64,000 bases of DNA, from assembly GCA_963667035.1 (NCBI GenBank), contig OY762964.1:1312001-1376000 (forward strand). The letters run 5' to 3'. Shown in pieces: positions 18,736 through 29,526 of this stretch. The notes beneath the pieces were generated by a model, which saw only the letters and a program-made list of their open reading frames with translations, made no database searches and was not told the DNA's origin. The position numbers were made by a program, and so were the translations under genes. The stretch is from Candidatus Cloacimonadales bacterium (GTDB lineage Bacteria > Cloacimonadota > Cloacimonadia > Cloacimonadales > JAFGVF01). Each line of letters opens with the position of its first letter. Within the stretch, counting starts at the first letter, position 1.

Positions 18736-19773
18736 TTAATCTTCAATCTTCTTAATTAGAACATCATTATAGCGTTCAATTTCATCAAGAATCTGTCCGG
18801 AACCTTTTGCAACGCATGTTAATGGATCAGGAACAACATGAACAGGTAAGTCTACCGCTTTCATAATTCGCTTATCCAGTCCCTTTAAAAGAGCTCCTCC
18901 ACCAGTTAGGAAGATACCTCTTTCTGCTATATCTGCGGCTAATTCCGGTTCAGTATGTTCAAACAATTTCTTGATTGCATCTATCATTAAACCAACTGTT
19001 TCAGTCATCGCTTCCCTAATCTCTTCAGAAGAGATTTCTATAGTCACCGGATAGCCGGATACAACATTACGACCTCTAACTTCCATTGTAAGCTCTTCAT
19101 CAAGCGGGAACGCAGAACCGATTTTCTTTTTTATCTTTTCTGCTGTGAGAATACCTACAAATATACCATTCTTTTTTCTCAGGTAATTAACAATATCATT
19201 ATCAAGCTTGTCTCCACCAATTCTTATCGAGTTGTGAACAACTATATGAGATAATGACATAACTGCTATTTCACTGGTTCCGCCACCGATATCCATAATC
19301 ATGTTACCGCATGGTTTATCGATTGGGAGTTTCGCTCCAATAGCAGCAGCAATTGGCTCCGACACCAAATGTACTTCTCTTGCCCCGGCGTGAAGAGCAC
19401 TGTCCCTTACTGCACGTTTCTCCACTTCTGTAATTCCTGAAGGCACACACACAATTACTCTAGGTCTCAAAAGCAAACGCTTTTTTTGAGCTCTGAGAAT
19501 AAGGTTTCTTAGCATCATTTCCGTAACTTGGAAATCAGCAATAACACCGTCTTTTAAAGGTTTTATTACTCTCACTTCAGCGGGATTCTTTCCAAGCATT
19601 AATTTTGCTTCTGCTCCAATTGCAATAATCTTGCGATTGTCGGCAGTTAATGCTACTACAGAAGGTTCATTGATTACAACACCCATACTTTTTTTGTATA
19701 CCAAGGTGTTAGCAGTTCCTAAATCTATTGCTATATCGTTTGCAAAAAGCCCGAAGTATTTCAATAAGTTCAT
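18736..19773 (-). CDS. mreB: Actin-like rod shape-determining protein MreB
   Basis: IDLGTANT, DIGGGTSE, LTGGGALL. Confidence 0.97.
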   Translation of the reverse strand: MNLLKYFGLFANDIAIDLGTANTLVYKKSMGVVINEPSVVALTADNRKIIAIGAEAKLMLGKNPAEVRVIKPLKDGVIADFQVTEMMLRNLILRAQKKRLLLRPRVIVCVPSGITEVEKRAVRDSALHAGAREVHLVSEPIAAAIGAKLPIDKPCGNMIMDIGGGTSEIAVMSLSHIVVHNSIRIGGDKLDNDIVNYLRKKNGIFVGILTAEKIKKKIGSAFPLDEELTMEVRGRNVVSGYPVTIEISSEEIREAMTETVGLMIDAIKKLFEHTEPELAADIAERGIFLTGGGALLKGLDKRIMKAVDLPVHVVPDPLTCVAKGSGQILDEIERYNDVLIKKIED

Positions 19774-19977
19774 TTTAGCTCCATGTGACTAAACTTTAAT
19801 TAAACTTTCCACATATTCTCAGATGATGTCAAGGATAAAGATAACTGATTTAAGATTTTGTTCTTGAATCATTGTTGTGAATAATTGTCATCTAATTATG
19901 AACATGTTAACATTTATGTTATATATGATCCTATATCTGCAACATGATTGTATCATACTTTCTATATTTTCATTATA

Positions 19978-20088
19978 CTCCGTATTCAACTAACGCACTG
20001 CGTTTGCACTGTGTAAGCACTATAAAGGCACTGCCAACGCACTGTTTCACCGGGTTCACAGTGCGTACACAGTGGAAAAACAGTGGGT
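19978..20088. repeat. Dispersed 11-bp-phased CACTG/CAGTG element, copy 1
   Basis: GCACT(G) at 19995, 20006, 20017, 20028, 20039; central CACCGGGTTCAC; CAGTG at 20059, 20070, 20081. Homologous to the reverse complement of 47341-47468. Confidence 0.85.
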
Positions 20089-20544
20089 AAATTGCGTTTT
20101 GATAGATAGTCTGAAGATTGTGAGTAAAAAATACTGAGATAATACATAAACAGACATATTTGTAAGAAGATTTTTACAAGATTGGTCATCAGACCTTGTG
20201 GAGAATAGTTGTGTAAATACATATCACTCACGGATTAACGTTATAAACGAATAAATGAATTAATTGCTTTAAAAAGCTTAAAAACTTTGATTTACGGCAA
20301 ATCAGTTTATGCACTTTTCGGAATACTCTCATTATCATAAAGAATAAGAATTTATGTTTCTTAGGCTTCCTATTCCCCCATGTCACTACATATTAGATGA
20401 TTATAGATAACTCTACGATTCCCTGTTAGTTTCTCAATTAGCGTAACAAGAAGTTAGCGTCTACAAGTTAGAGCTTAATAAACTTGACTCATTTTGAGTA
20501 GTATATATTTTTCATACTAATAACACATTGATACGGAGGAAATA

Positions 20545-21867
20545 ATGAAAAGAGTTCTTTTAATCATTATTGCTATTACGGGTTGTCTATATGCTATGGA
20601 GCAAGTTGTGGTTTACAATAACGATTTGGCGTTGATAAAAAAAGAAATCACAATTGAAAACTTATCAAAAGGAATTAATGATTTTTCTTATGATGATATA
20701 ACATCAAGAATAAATCCAAAATCAGTAATATTCATGCCCAAAAAAGGAAGTGTTTCAATTATTGAGCAGAATTATGAATATGATTTGGGTAATACTGATT
20801 CAATTCTAAAAAAGTATATGGGAAAAACCATAAAAGTGGAAACCATTAAAGGAAACAAATTTGAAGGAGAACTTCAATTCAATGACGGAATTTCTATTGG
20901 ATTAAAAAGTGAAGACGGTACAATATCTCTGGTAGGCATAAAAGAGATAGAGAATATCAGTTTAGTAAAAATGCCTGAGAATTTTTATTTAAAGCCTACT
21001 CTCAAATGGAAACTTGAATCAAACAATCAACAGACGGTTAAAGTCGATATTAGTTATCTAACAGGTGGATTCTCCTGGGAAGCTGTTTACAATATGGTTT
21101 GGGATGATGAAAAACTCAGAATTAATTCTTGGATCAGCATGGATAACAACAGCGGCAAAGCACTGGAAAATGTGAAACTGAAGTTAATTGCCGGAGATAT
21201 AAATTTGATTGAAAAAGATGAAGTAAGGTTTGAGAGGTATGCAAAATCAAATTTACTTGTAACTAGCAGTGGAATACCTATAGAACAAGATTTTCATGAT
21301 TATCACATGTATACTGTAACAAATCCTGTTAATATAAAAAATAATCAATCAAAACAATTGCAACTTTATGAGACAAAAGAAGTAAATGCAAAACAAGTAT
21401 ATAAGTATAATTCATACAGTAGTTACGTAACCGGATACCTGAAGTTTAAAAACAGTAAAAAAGACGGACTTGGAATACCCCTTCCGGGTGGCAATGTAAT
21501 GGTTTATATGGAGGATAAAACTGATAATGAAATGGCTCTAATTGGTGAAACAGCAATCTCGCATACTCCCATTAATGAAGAGGTTGAGTTGGAAACAGGA
21601 AAAGCATTTGATTTGAAAGCAGAGACAATTGAAGTTAATAAACACTCAAGGGGACTAGCTAAATATCAGAGAGATATGAAGATCACACTTAAGAACAGAT
21701 CAAAATATAAGAAGACAATTGAAGTATTGCACAATTTCGATCACCAAGCTTTTATTAAATCTTCAAATCATGACTTCAAAGAAGTTAGTGCAGGTAAAAT
21801 ATCTTTTTCAATAGAATTAGAACCTAATCAAGTAAAGGATATTACTTTTACAGAGATTAGAGATTAA
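20545..21867 (+). CDS. DUF4139 domain-containing secreted protein
   Basis: Signal peptide, VYNNDLALIK, EQNYEYDL, SYLTGGFSW, GIPLPGG. Confidence 0.8.
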   Translation: MKRVLLIIIAITGCLYAMEQVVVYNNDLALIKKEITIENLSKGINDFSYDDITSRINPKSVIFMPKKGSVSIIEQNYEYDLGNTDSILKKYMGKTIKVETIKGNKFEGELQFNDGISIGLKSEDGTISLVGIKEIENISLVKMPENFYLKPTLKWKLESNNQQTVKVDISYLTGGFSWEAVYNMVWDDEKLRINSWISMDNNSGKALENVKLKLIAGDINLIEKDEVRFERYAKSNLLVTSSGIPIEQDFHDYHMYTVTNPVNIKNNQSKQLQLYETKEVNAKQVYKYNSYSSYVTGYLKFKNSKKDGLGIPLPGGNVMVYMEDKTDNEMALIGETAISHTPINEEVELETGKAFDLKAETIEVNKHSRGLAKYQRDMKITLKNRSKYKKTIEVLHNFDHQAFIKSSNHDFKEVSAGKISFSIELEPNQVKDITFTEIRD

Positions 21868-21878
21868 TTATCAATATG

Positions 21879-21920
21879 GTGAAAAGAGTCTCGAAGTGAA
21901 AACATCGAGACTCTTTTCAC
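21879..21920 (+). terminator. Terminator hairpin
   Basis: GTGAAAAGAGTCTCGA/TCGAGACTCTTTTCAC. Confidence 0.8.
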
Positions 21921-22110
21921 TAATAACTACCGCTATTGTTGAATATTTGCCAATCTTCACAAAAGCATGATGTACTAGTTTCCAATTCGTTAAGTTGACT
22001 AAATAATTTGCTATACTAGTCTATTGTGTTATTATTTGCTTGACAGTACTTTAGAAGATATATTATTTTGGAATTAGAATTCATAAGCTTTATTTTGGAG
22101 GTAAATAAAT

Positions 22111-23355
22111 ATGAAACGATTAATATTAATATTGTTTGTTGCATTATTGCTTGTAGCCTGTCAGGATGATACAACAAGTTCTAATAACGGAGGCTTTACT
22201 CCAAAAGAATTTGTTACCCTTGATGTTGATCCTGATTTCAATTGGAGCAACACTAAATTCTTCACACTTGATATTCAAGGTGAAGAACAACTTCTAAATG
22301 GTAAAAAAGTCAATCTTGAATTTGACACACATATTCTTTCAAGTGCTATTGTTGAAAATGGTATGCATGAATTTACATTAGAGATTCCCAGTGAATTGAA
22401 CTCTGTTTATGTTGTTTGTAATGAAATTGGATTCAAACAAGCAATATCAACATCTACTAATGACCAAATAGTGAATCTTACCGGATCGGTTCAGGAGAAA
22501 GCAGTGAAAATCGATACTGATGGTGATGGTGTGGATGACTCAATTGACGACTTCCCTTCCGATCCTGAGAAAGCTATCAGAATTAGAATACCCGCAGTTG
22601 ATGAAAACTACTGGGTCTTTGAAGACTTGTGGCCTGATAAAGGTGATTATGACTTTAACGATCTGGTCATTCGTGAATATGTAGAATTTCATCTAAATGC
22701 ACATAATGAGTATGTCGGTGGATTTGCAAAACTTTGGATGAATGCTATTGGAGCTAACTTTCACAACAGCATATTCCTACACTTTATGGAAGCAAGTGTT
22801 GCAGGTGGTCAGACTGTCTACAGTGAATTAGCTGCTCCTGATTTTGTTGAAAGTATTCAAACACAGTTATCAAATATAAGAATAGATGAGTATACTCCAA
22901 ACACAATAGGAGCTTGGTATGACATCGAGTGGGAAGAATTCGGTTACCAAAACAATGGTATTGGCCCTTCTGGGTATCCTCATTCTAGAGAATTCATATT
23001 TGCATTTAATCCAACAGCTACTCAGCCTACTAATTTGACATTTGAGTGGTACATCTCTGCAGGTAACGAAAGACAAAAAGAAGTACATCATCCTTTGTTT
23101 GCACCAACAGCTATTGCAAATCCTATCTACTTTAATACAGGAGATGATGCTACAGATATTCCAAACCAATTCTTTTACAAAACAGCTCTGAATCATCCTT
23201 GGGTTGTTAAGATTTATGGATATTTCCATAATCCTTTAGAATTTGTTCAGATAACAGAAGCATATCCTCATTTCCAAGATTGGGCAGAATCAGATGGTGC
23301 ATTATATCCGGATTGGTACAATACTTACCTGCCAGAAAAAGTATTCAACCAATAA
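22111..23355 (+). CDS. LruC domain (DUF4842) lipoprotein
   Basis: Lipobox LVAC; DTDGDGVDD..DDFP, FEDLWPDKGDYDFNDLV, AYPHF..WAESDG. Confidence 0.85.
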   Translation: MKRLILILFVALLLVACQDDTTSSNNGGFTPKEFVTLDVDPDFNWSNTKFFTLDIQGEEQLLNGKKVNLEFDTHILSSAIVENGMHEFTLEIPSELNSVYVVCNEIGFKQAISTSTNDQIVNLTGSVQEKAVKIDTDGDGVDDSIDDFPSDPEKAIRIRIPAVDENYWVFEDLWPDKGDYDFNDLVIREYVEFHLNAHNEYVGGFAKLWMNAIGANFHNSIFLHFMEASVAGGQTVYSELAAPDFVESIQTQLSNIRIDEYTPNTIGAWYDIEWEEFGYQNNGIGPSGYPHSREFIFAFNPTATQPTNLTFEWYISAGNERQKEVHHPLFAPTAIANPIYFNTGDDATDIPNQFFYKTALNHPWVVKIYGYFHNPLEFVQITEAYPHFQDWAESDGALYPDWYNTYLPEKVFNQ

Positions 23356-23387
23356 TCGGCTAAATAGTTCATTTAGTTACACATAAT

Positions 23388-23426
23388 AAAAAAGAGTCTG
23401 TTGACAATGTCAGCAGACTCTTTTTT
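23388..23426 (+). terminator. Rho-independent terminator
   Basis: AAAGAGTCTGTTGAC/GTCAGCAGACTCTTTTTT. Confidence 0.85.
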
Positions 23427-23623
23427 CATGTTAAGTTAATTAAAATCTGGGTTACTCATCTTTTTACAATATATTTACTATGTTAGTTAAGTGTATGTAA
23501 TAATATTGTTAATATGCTCATCATAATTGACAGAAGCAGTAAATATTAATCTTTTATGCAGGATTCCGAGTGTGTATTTGTCAGATAGCTTATAGAGTAA
23601 ATTATAATAGTGTGAGGTAAATA

Positions 23624-24955
23624 ATGCGTAAATATTTATGCCTATTAACAGTATTGATACTAATGACATTTAGTATCCAAGCAAAACAACTTTCATTAGA
23701 TAGTGCAAAAGAGATAGCTCTTAAAAACAATCCGGGATATAAAGCTCAGGAAGAGGGTTTCAAATCATCCGTATGGAGTTATAAGAATTCAATAATCTCT
23801 TTATTCCCATCAGGTTCGGCAAGTGCTTCATATTCGCAGACTGATAGTGAGAATACAGGACTAAACTCTAACTATGCTGAGAATGGTTCTTATGGGGTAA
23901 GCTTAAGCCAGCCAATATTTATGGGAGGAAGACTCATTAATGCTGCTCTTATTGCTAAAACCAGTAAGAACATAAGTAAATTGAATTTATCAGAAAAAGA
24001 GCTGGAGATTCTAAATACTACAGAAAGTAAGTTTTTTGCATTAATAGAAGCAAAACAGTTACTTGAAATTGCTAATGATGAGTTAACGGTTGCAAATCAG
24101 AGGGTTATTGATTCAAATACAAGATTTCAACAAGGAACAATTTCAAAAGCTGATCTGCTTCAAGTACAGGCTGATGCGGCTAACAAAAATGTGATTCTTA
24201 TTCAAGCCCAACTTGCTTATGATGTAAGCTATAAAGATTTAAAAAACTACCTGCTTATAACGGAAGACTTTGAAGTCATTGAAGAAAATGAAGATTCATT
24301 TGATGCCGAGATATCAGGACTAAACTCCTTGAATGCATCAGCAATGGACGTAGTAATTAACAGAATGATTGACTATAGTAATGAGAATAGTAATTCAATG
24401 AAAGCCCTGAAACTTTCAACGTCCATCGCTAAAAGAAATGTTAATAATGCAATTGGAAGCTTTATGCCTAATGTTAATCTGAGTTATTCTTACAATAATT
24501 CCGGTGATGCCAGAGAGGATTGGAGCAATTATCCTTGGAGATCTTCTATCTCACTCAATGCTTCAATACCTATCTTCCCTTTAGTAGATTCATATTCTGA
24601 TGTTGCTAAAGCTAAAGCTGACCTTCGCCAAACTGAATATCAGTATATAGATAGTGTTAACAATAATTCGTTAGGAGTTGAATCTTCCTTACTTAATCTA
24701 ATTAGTGCTGCTAGGAAATATCAAGCCTCACAGTTAAGTCTTGAGTATTCGGAAGAAACATATAAGCAGATGCAAGCACGATATGATAACGGACTTCTTT
24801 CCGGAACCGATTTATTGGATTCCGAAGTAATGTACAAGAGTGCAAGAATGAACAAAGTAAGCAGTAAATTTGATTATCTCGAAGCTCGCTCAGCGTTAAA
24901 GAAACTACTTGGGCTTAAGGATGATCAGGACATAATTTCAATGATAATAGAATAG
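23624..24955 (+). CDS. TolC-family outer membrane protein
   Basis: LSLD...ALKNNP N-terminus, two OEP repeats, upstream of MFP and RND genes. Confidence 0.88.
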   Translation: MRKYLCLLTVLILMTFSIQAKQLSLDSAKEIALKNNPGYKAQEEGFKSSVWSYKNSIISLFPSGSASASYSQTDSENTGLNSNYAENGSYGVSLSQPIFMGGRLINAALIAKTSKNISKLNLSEKELEILNTTESKFFALIEAKQLLEIANDELTVANQRVIDSNTRFQQGTISKADLLQVQADAANKNVILIQAQLAYDVSYKDLKNYLLITEDFEVIEENEDSFDAEISGLNSLNASAMDVVINRMIDYSNENSNSMKALKLSTSIAKRNVNNAIGSFMPNVNLSYSYNNSGDAREDWSNYPWRSSISLNASIPIFPLVDSYSDVAKAKADLRQTEYQYIDSVNNNSLGVESSLLNLISAARKYQASQLSLEYSEETYKQMQARYDNGLLSGTDLLDSEVMYKSARMNKVSSKFDYLEARSALKKLLGLKDDQDIISMIIE

Positions 24956-24960
24956 AGGTA

Positions 24961-26052
24961 ATGATGAAAAGGATGTTGAGTTTAGGTATAGTATTGCTAC
25001 TATTTCTTGGATGTGGTAAACCTTCGACCGAAAGTCGAGGAATGGGTCGTGCCGGAGCAGGAGATACAATTATTAAATCCCCTGTGATGGTGAGAGATAT
25101 TAAAAATGATAGTTTGAATGAGTATGTCACAGTTAGTGGCACTCTTTCAGGTATAACTGATGTTACAATAATTGGCGAAACATCAGGGACCATATTGGAG
25201 ATATATAAGAATTTAGGTGATTATGTTGAGAAAGGTGAAGAAATCGCTAAACTTGATAACGATAATATCAGAATTCAGTTTGAGCAAGCACAAGCTAATT
25301 TGTTAGCTACCGAAGCATCCCTTGCTTCTGTCAATTCGTCATTTAATGCTTCGGAGAGTCTCTACAAAGACGGAAGTATCTCTAAAATGGAATATGATAA
25401 TGCTTACGCTTCATTAAAACAAGCTCAAGCAGCACTTGCCGGAGCACAAGCTAGTCTAGAATCTGCTAAGCTCAGTTTTGAAAAATCAAGATTAACAGCT
25501 CCGGTTAATGGTTATATTGCTTCAACAGAATTAGAAATTGGCAATACCGTATCCCAAGGAACTGCTCTTTTAACAATTGTCGATTATTCAAAACTCAAAC
25601 TCAAAACAGGTGTAAATGAATCAGAGTTATTCCTTATAAAAAAAGGACAGAAAGTTACTATAAAATCAGAATTAAACAGTTTAGAATTAGTTGGTAAAAT
25701 TGCAGGTATTGGAATGAAACCAATCAATGCCAGCTCTACGTATCCAATAGAAATAATAGCTGACAACTCTAAAGGTAAACTAGCTCCCGGTATGGTTGTA
25801 ACCGGTAAGATTTTGGCACATACATTCAAAAATGTTGTTTATGCCTCTCTTAATCATGTACTTGATGATTATGGTCAGAAGTATGTATATGTAATAGATT
25901 CAGAAAACAAAGCTGAGAAAAGAGTTGTTGAGTTAGGAACTATTGTTGATGAACAAGTGATTATTAAGTCCGGTCTCAAGGAAGGTGACCGCTTAGTTAC
26001 CGAAGGCATGGAGATGTTGAATGAAGGTTCTATTGTAGAGGTTAAAGGATAA
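24961..26052 (+). CDS. RND efflux periplasmic adaptor (MFP)
   Basis: Lipobox, GDYVEKGE, TAPVNG, LAPGM, GLKEGDRLV. Confidence 0.9.
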   Translation: MMKRMLSLGIVLLLFLGCGKPSTESRGMGRAGAGDTIIKSPVMVRDIKNDSLNEYVTVSGTLSGITDVTIIGETSGTILEIYKNLGDYVEKGEEIAKLDNDNIRIQFEQAQANLLATEASLASVNSSFNASESLYKDGSISKMEYDNAYASLKQAQAALAGAQASLESAKLSFEKSRLTAPVNGYIASTELEIGNTVSQGTALLTIVDYSKLKLKTGVNESELFLIKKGQKVTIKSELNSLELVGKIAGIGMKPINASSTYPIEIIADNSKGKLAPGMVVTGKILAHTFKNVVYASLNHVLDDYGQKYVYVIDSENKAEKRVVELGTIVDEQVIIKSGLKEGDRLVTEGMEMLNEGSIVEVKG

Positions 26053-26056
26053 AGTT

Positions 26057-29000
26057 ATGTCTATTGCAAAATTCTCAGTACGTAATTCAGTACTGATAAA
26101 CATGATTATGATTATGGTATTCATTGCAGGTATTTATGCAATGACCCAAATTCCTAAGGAAGAGATGCCTCAAGTTGAATTTGGAATGGTCATAATCACT
26201 GTTGCTTACCCGGGAGTTTCTCCTGCTGAGATAGAGCAGATGATTGTTACTAAAATTGAAGATGAAATAGCTGATATTGATGATATAGATTTCATAGAAT
26301 CAACCGCCACTGAAGGGTCAGCTATGATTCGAATTCGTTTCGAAACAGATGCAGACATGGATGAAGCTTGGGATGAAGTAAATACAGAGATGGATAAAGT
26401 AAATGATTTACCTGAAGACGCAATGGATCCGATATTAATAAGACTCAATATGAAAGAGGTTAATGAAATATGCTCTATTGTCGTTAGTGGTGACTTCCAT
26501 CCAAACACAATGAGAGATATTTCCGATACTATGAAACAAGGGTTAACCAATGTTAAGAATGTTTCAAAAGTTGAAGTAGGCGGAACAAGAGAAAGAGAAA
26601 TATGGATTGAAGGAGACCTTGAGAAGTTAAACGCTTATGGTCTGTCGTTAAACAATATCAGTAATTCAGTTGCTAATAGAAATCTTAATGTTCCCGGTGG
26701 TTCCGTTCAGTTCGGATCTGCTGAGTTTATAATTAGATCAATGGGAGAGTTCAACAGTTTATCTGAAATAAGAAACCTTCCGATTATGATGGATAGAAAT
26801 GGAAGAGCAGTTAGAATTAAAGACGTTGCAACCGTTATTGATACTCTTGAAGATTCCAGTGTTATCTCTAAGCAAGACGGTGAAAACAGTATCACTTTGG
26901 AAGTATATAAAAAAGCCCAAGGTAATATTGTAACAGTAATGCAAGATGTTAAAGCCTATTGCTCTGAATTTGAGAAGACTATACCTGATATAAATGTTAC
27001 GATTAGAGATGACGGTTCCATTGCTGTTAAAAGTGCTTTAACATCACTTGGTGCTAATGCTATTGTTGGTATTATACTTGTATTTATAATACTAACATTA
27101 TTCCTTGGGTGGAGAAATGCTCTTTTTGCTGCTTGGGGAATACCATTCAGTTTCTTCTTAACCTTTGTTGCCATGTTCTACTTTGGTGTTACAATGAACA
27201 ATCTTTCACTATTTGCCCTTGTTTTAGTGCTTGGTATGATTGTGGATGATGCGATTGTGGTTATTGAAAACTACCATAGATACATGGAGATGGGATACTC
27301 AAGATATGAAGCAGCCATACAGGGTACAGAAGAGATTATGTGGCCAGTGATTGCAGCGATATTAACCACTATTGCATCATTTTCTCCCATTATGTTTATG
27401 AAAGGTGTTATGGGACAGTTTATGAGGGTGTTCCCATTAGTAGTCATGTTTGCTCTCCTAGCTTCCCTGTTTGAATCCCTAATTATTCTACCTTCTCATT
27501 TGGCTGAACTAGGTCCAAAAAAGTTAAAAGAAAAGAAAAAGAATACTTTCTACGATAAACTGGTTAAGAGATATAGATGTGCTGTTACAAATGTCTTAAA
27601 ACATAGATTTATCACAATATTTATTGTAGTTGTCCTACTAATTCTATCCGGTATGGCATTAATGTTTAGAATGGTCAGATTTGAATTCTTCCCGAGAAGA
27701 AACACTGACACACTGGTTCTCCAACTTGAAACACCTGTCGGGACAAGCTTAGAACAGACCAATGAAGTGGTCTCTAAAGTAGAGCAATTTGTTGCAAATA
27801 TGGTAGAGCACTCCGATATCGAGGCTGTCATCACTCAGATAGGTCTTATCAGAGGTAGAGGAACAAGATCAACATCTTCCAATAATGCTGAAGTTAAGCT
27901 TGATATGGTAGATATTGAACAACGTAATTACGATGATTTCGTAATCAAGAATAAGCTTAGAGAGTTTATGAAGAACCTACCCGGTCTTTACTCCTTTAAG
28001 TTTGACCAAGAAGGACATGGACCTCCAACAGGTAATGATGTAGAAATCAGAATTACCGGTGATAGTCTTGAAAAACTTGAATATATCGGAGAATACATTA
28101 AAGCTCAACTTGCTCAAATCCCGGGAATCAGTGATATAGACGATAGTTTTGATGCTGGTAAACAGGAAATACAGATAATTCCTTATCAAGATAGATTGTC
28201 TTATTACGGATTAACCGCATCTTCAATCTCATCAGCAGTTAGGTTATCTTCAAATGGTTCAAATATTTCTATATATAGAGGTGATGGCATTGAAGAATAT
28301 GATATTGTTCTTAAAGCTAAAGAAACCCAAGTAGATGATTTAAGCGAGTTAAAGAATATGAAGATACGTTCTACTTCCGGTGCTCTAATACCTTTGAAGG
28401 ATATTGCAGAATTTAAAGTAGAGAACGGATTGTCACAGATACAACACAGAGATTCCGATAGATATATTACAATCACAGCTGCGGTTGGTAAGTATACTGA
28501 CAGCAATGGTCATACATCTACTCGAACAACCGATGAAGTACAGAAGATTTTAGACGGAGATAAGATTAGAAATACTAAAGGACTTCTCACTGATTTCAAC
28601 CAGAAGTTCCCGGGTTACTATTTGAGCTATGGTGGTGTTCATGAAATGATGAAAGAGTCATACAGTTCACTGTATCTGGCTTTCCTTATAGCTATCCTTG
28701 GCGTTTACACTATCTTAGCGACTCAGTTTAAATCCTATATACAACCGTTGATTGTAATGGCAACAATCCCATTTGCTTTCATTGGAGTAGTATTGGGACT
28801 TATTTTAACAGGTCTCCCCTTCTCCCTTAATACTCTAATAGCAGTTGTTGCTCTGATTGGTGTGGTTGTAAATGACTCACTTGTGCTAGTAGACTTTGTA
28901 AACAGAGAGCGGGAGCAAGGTGTCGATAGATGGAACTCACTTATCAATGCGGGAGCTTTGAGACTAAGACCTATAATTCTTACAACTGTTACTACTGTTG

Positions 29001-29251
29001 GCGGAATGCTTCCAATGATATTCTCTTCAGCAGAATCTTCTGCTGATTATAAATCAATGGCTGTAAGTATAGTCTTTGGATTAAGCTTTGCAACATTACT
29101 GACTCTGTTTGTGATTCCAACTATCTACTCATTAGTTGACTCAATTGCAGGAAGACTTCATGCAAGTCGCTTCCATTCACATATTAGTTTCAAAGATGCA
29201 ACCATCAATACCAATAAAGATATTGACAACAAAGATAACTGTAAGATATAG
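26057..29251 (+). CDS. RND efflux permease
   Basis: YPGVSP, GMIVDDAIVV, GVVVNDS, RLRPIILTT. Confidence 0.93.
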   Translation: MSIAKFSVRNSVLINMIMIMVFIAGIYAMTQIPKEEMPQVEFGMVIITVAYPGVSPAEIEQMIVTKIEDEIADIDDIDFIESTATEGSAMIRIRFETDADMDEAWDEVNTEMDKVNDLPEDAMDPILIRLNMKEVNEICSIVVSGDFHPNTMRDISDTMKQGLTNVKNVSKVEVGGTREREIWIEGDLEKLNAYGLSLNNISNSVANRNLNVPGGSVQFGSAEFIIRSMGEFNSLSEIRNLPIMMDRNGRAVRIKDVATVIDTLEDSSVISKQDGENSITLEVYKKAQGNIVTVMQDVKAYCSEFEKTIPDINVTIRDDGSIAVKSALTSLGANAIVGIILVFIILTLFLGWRNALFAAWGIPFSFFLTFVAMFYFGVTMNNLSLFALVLVLGMIVDDAIVVIENYHRYMEMGYSRYEAAIQGTEEIMWPVIAAILTTIASFSPIMFMKGVMGQFMRVFPLVVMFALLASLFESLIILPSHLAELGPKKLKEKKKNTFYDKLVKRYRCAVTNVLKHRFITIFIVVVLLILSGMALMFRMVRFEFFPRRNTDTLVLQLETPVGTSLEQTNEVVSKVEQFVANMVEHSDIEAVITQIGLIRGRGTRSTSSNNAEVKLDMVDIEQRNYDDFVIKNKLREFMKNLPGLYSFKFDQEGHGPPTGNDVEIRITGDSLEKLEYIGEYIKAQLAQIPGISDIDDSFDAGKQEIQIIPYQDRLSYYGLTASSISSAVRLSSNGSNISIYRGDGIEEYDIVLKAKETQVDDLSELKNMKIRSTSGALIPLKDIAEFKVENGLSQIQHRDSDRYITITAAVGKYTDSNGHTSTRTTDEVQKILDGDKIRNTKGLLTDFNQKFPGYYLSYGGVHEMMKESYSSLYLAFLIAILGVYTILATQFKSYIQPLIVMATIPFAFIGVVLGLILTGLPFSLNTLIAVVALIGVVVNDSLVLVDFVNREREQGVDRWNSLINAGALRLRPIILTTVTTVGGMLPMIFSSAESSADYKSMAVSIVFGLSFATLLTLFVIPTIYSLVDSIAGRLHASRFHSHISFKDATINTNKDIDNKDNCKI

Positions 29252-29284
29252 ATTTAACTAGAAAAGCCTAAAGATGTTAGAACA

Positions 29285-29309
29285 GCCCGACAGAAATGTC
29301 GGGTTTTTT
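29285..29309 (+). terminator. Rho-independent terminator
   Basis: GCCCGACA-GAAA-TGTCGGGT followed by a T-run. Confidence 0.85.
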
Positions 29310-29526
29310 GTAACCGCTAGAATTGATAAGAAACAGAGATGAAATAGGTATGATATGTAAAACAGATATATCTACCGTAAGCTTCTGGAATTATTATAAC
29401 ATATACAACATACTCGACAATCTCCCGAGGAGGTAGAGCCTTTTCAATATTTTTTGACAGTGTAAATTGATAGTTTAATATTGACATATTACCTACAACT
29501 TCCTTGTTTTAGTAATATAGGAGGAT

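Noticed and set aside
19978..20088. Possible CRISPR array
   Set aside because: The period is only 11 bp with 5-6 bp motifs and an orientation switch. There are no 23-47 bp repeats, no spacers and no cas genes.
19986..20231. 81-aa ORF on the - strand
   Set aside because: It runs across the non-coding repeat, has no RBS, and its Cys/His/Thr/Val-rich tail is a by-product of the CACTG motifs.
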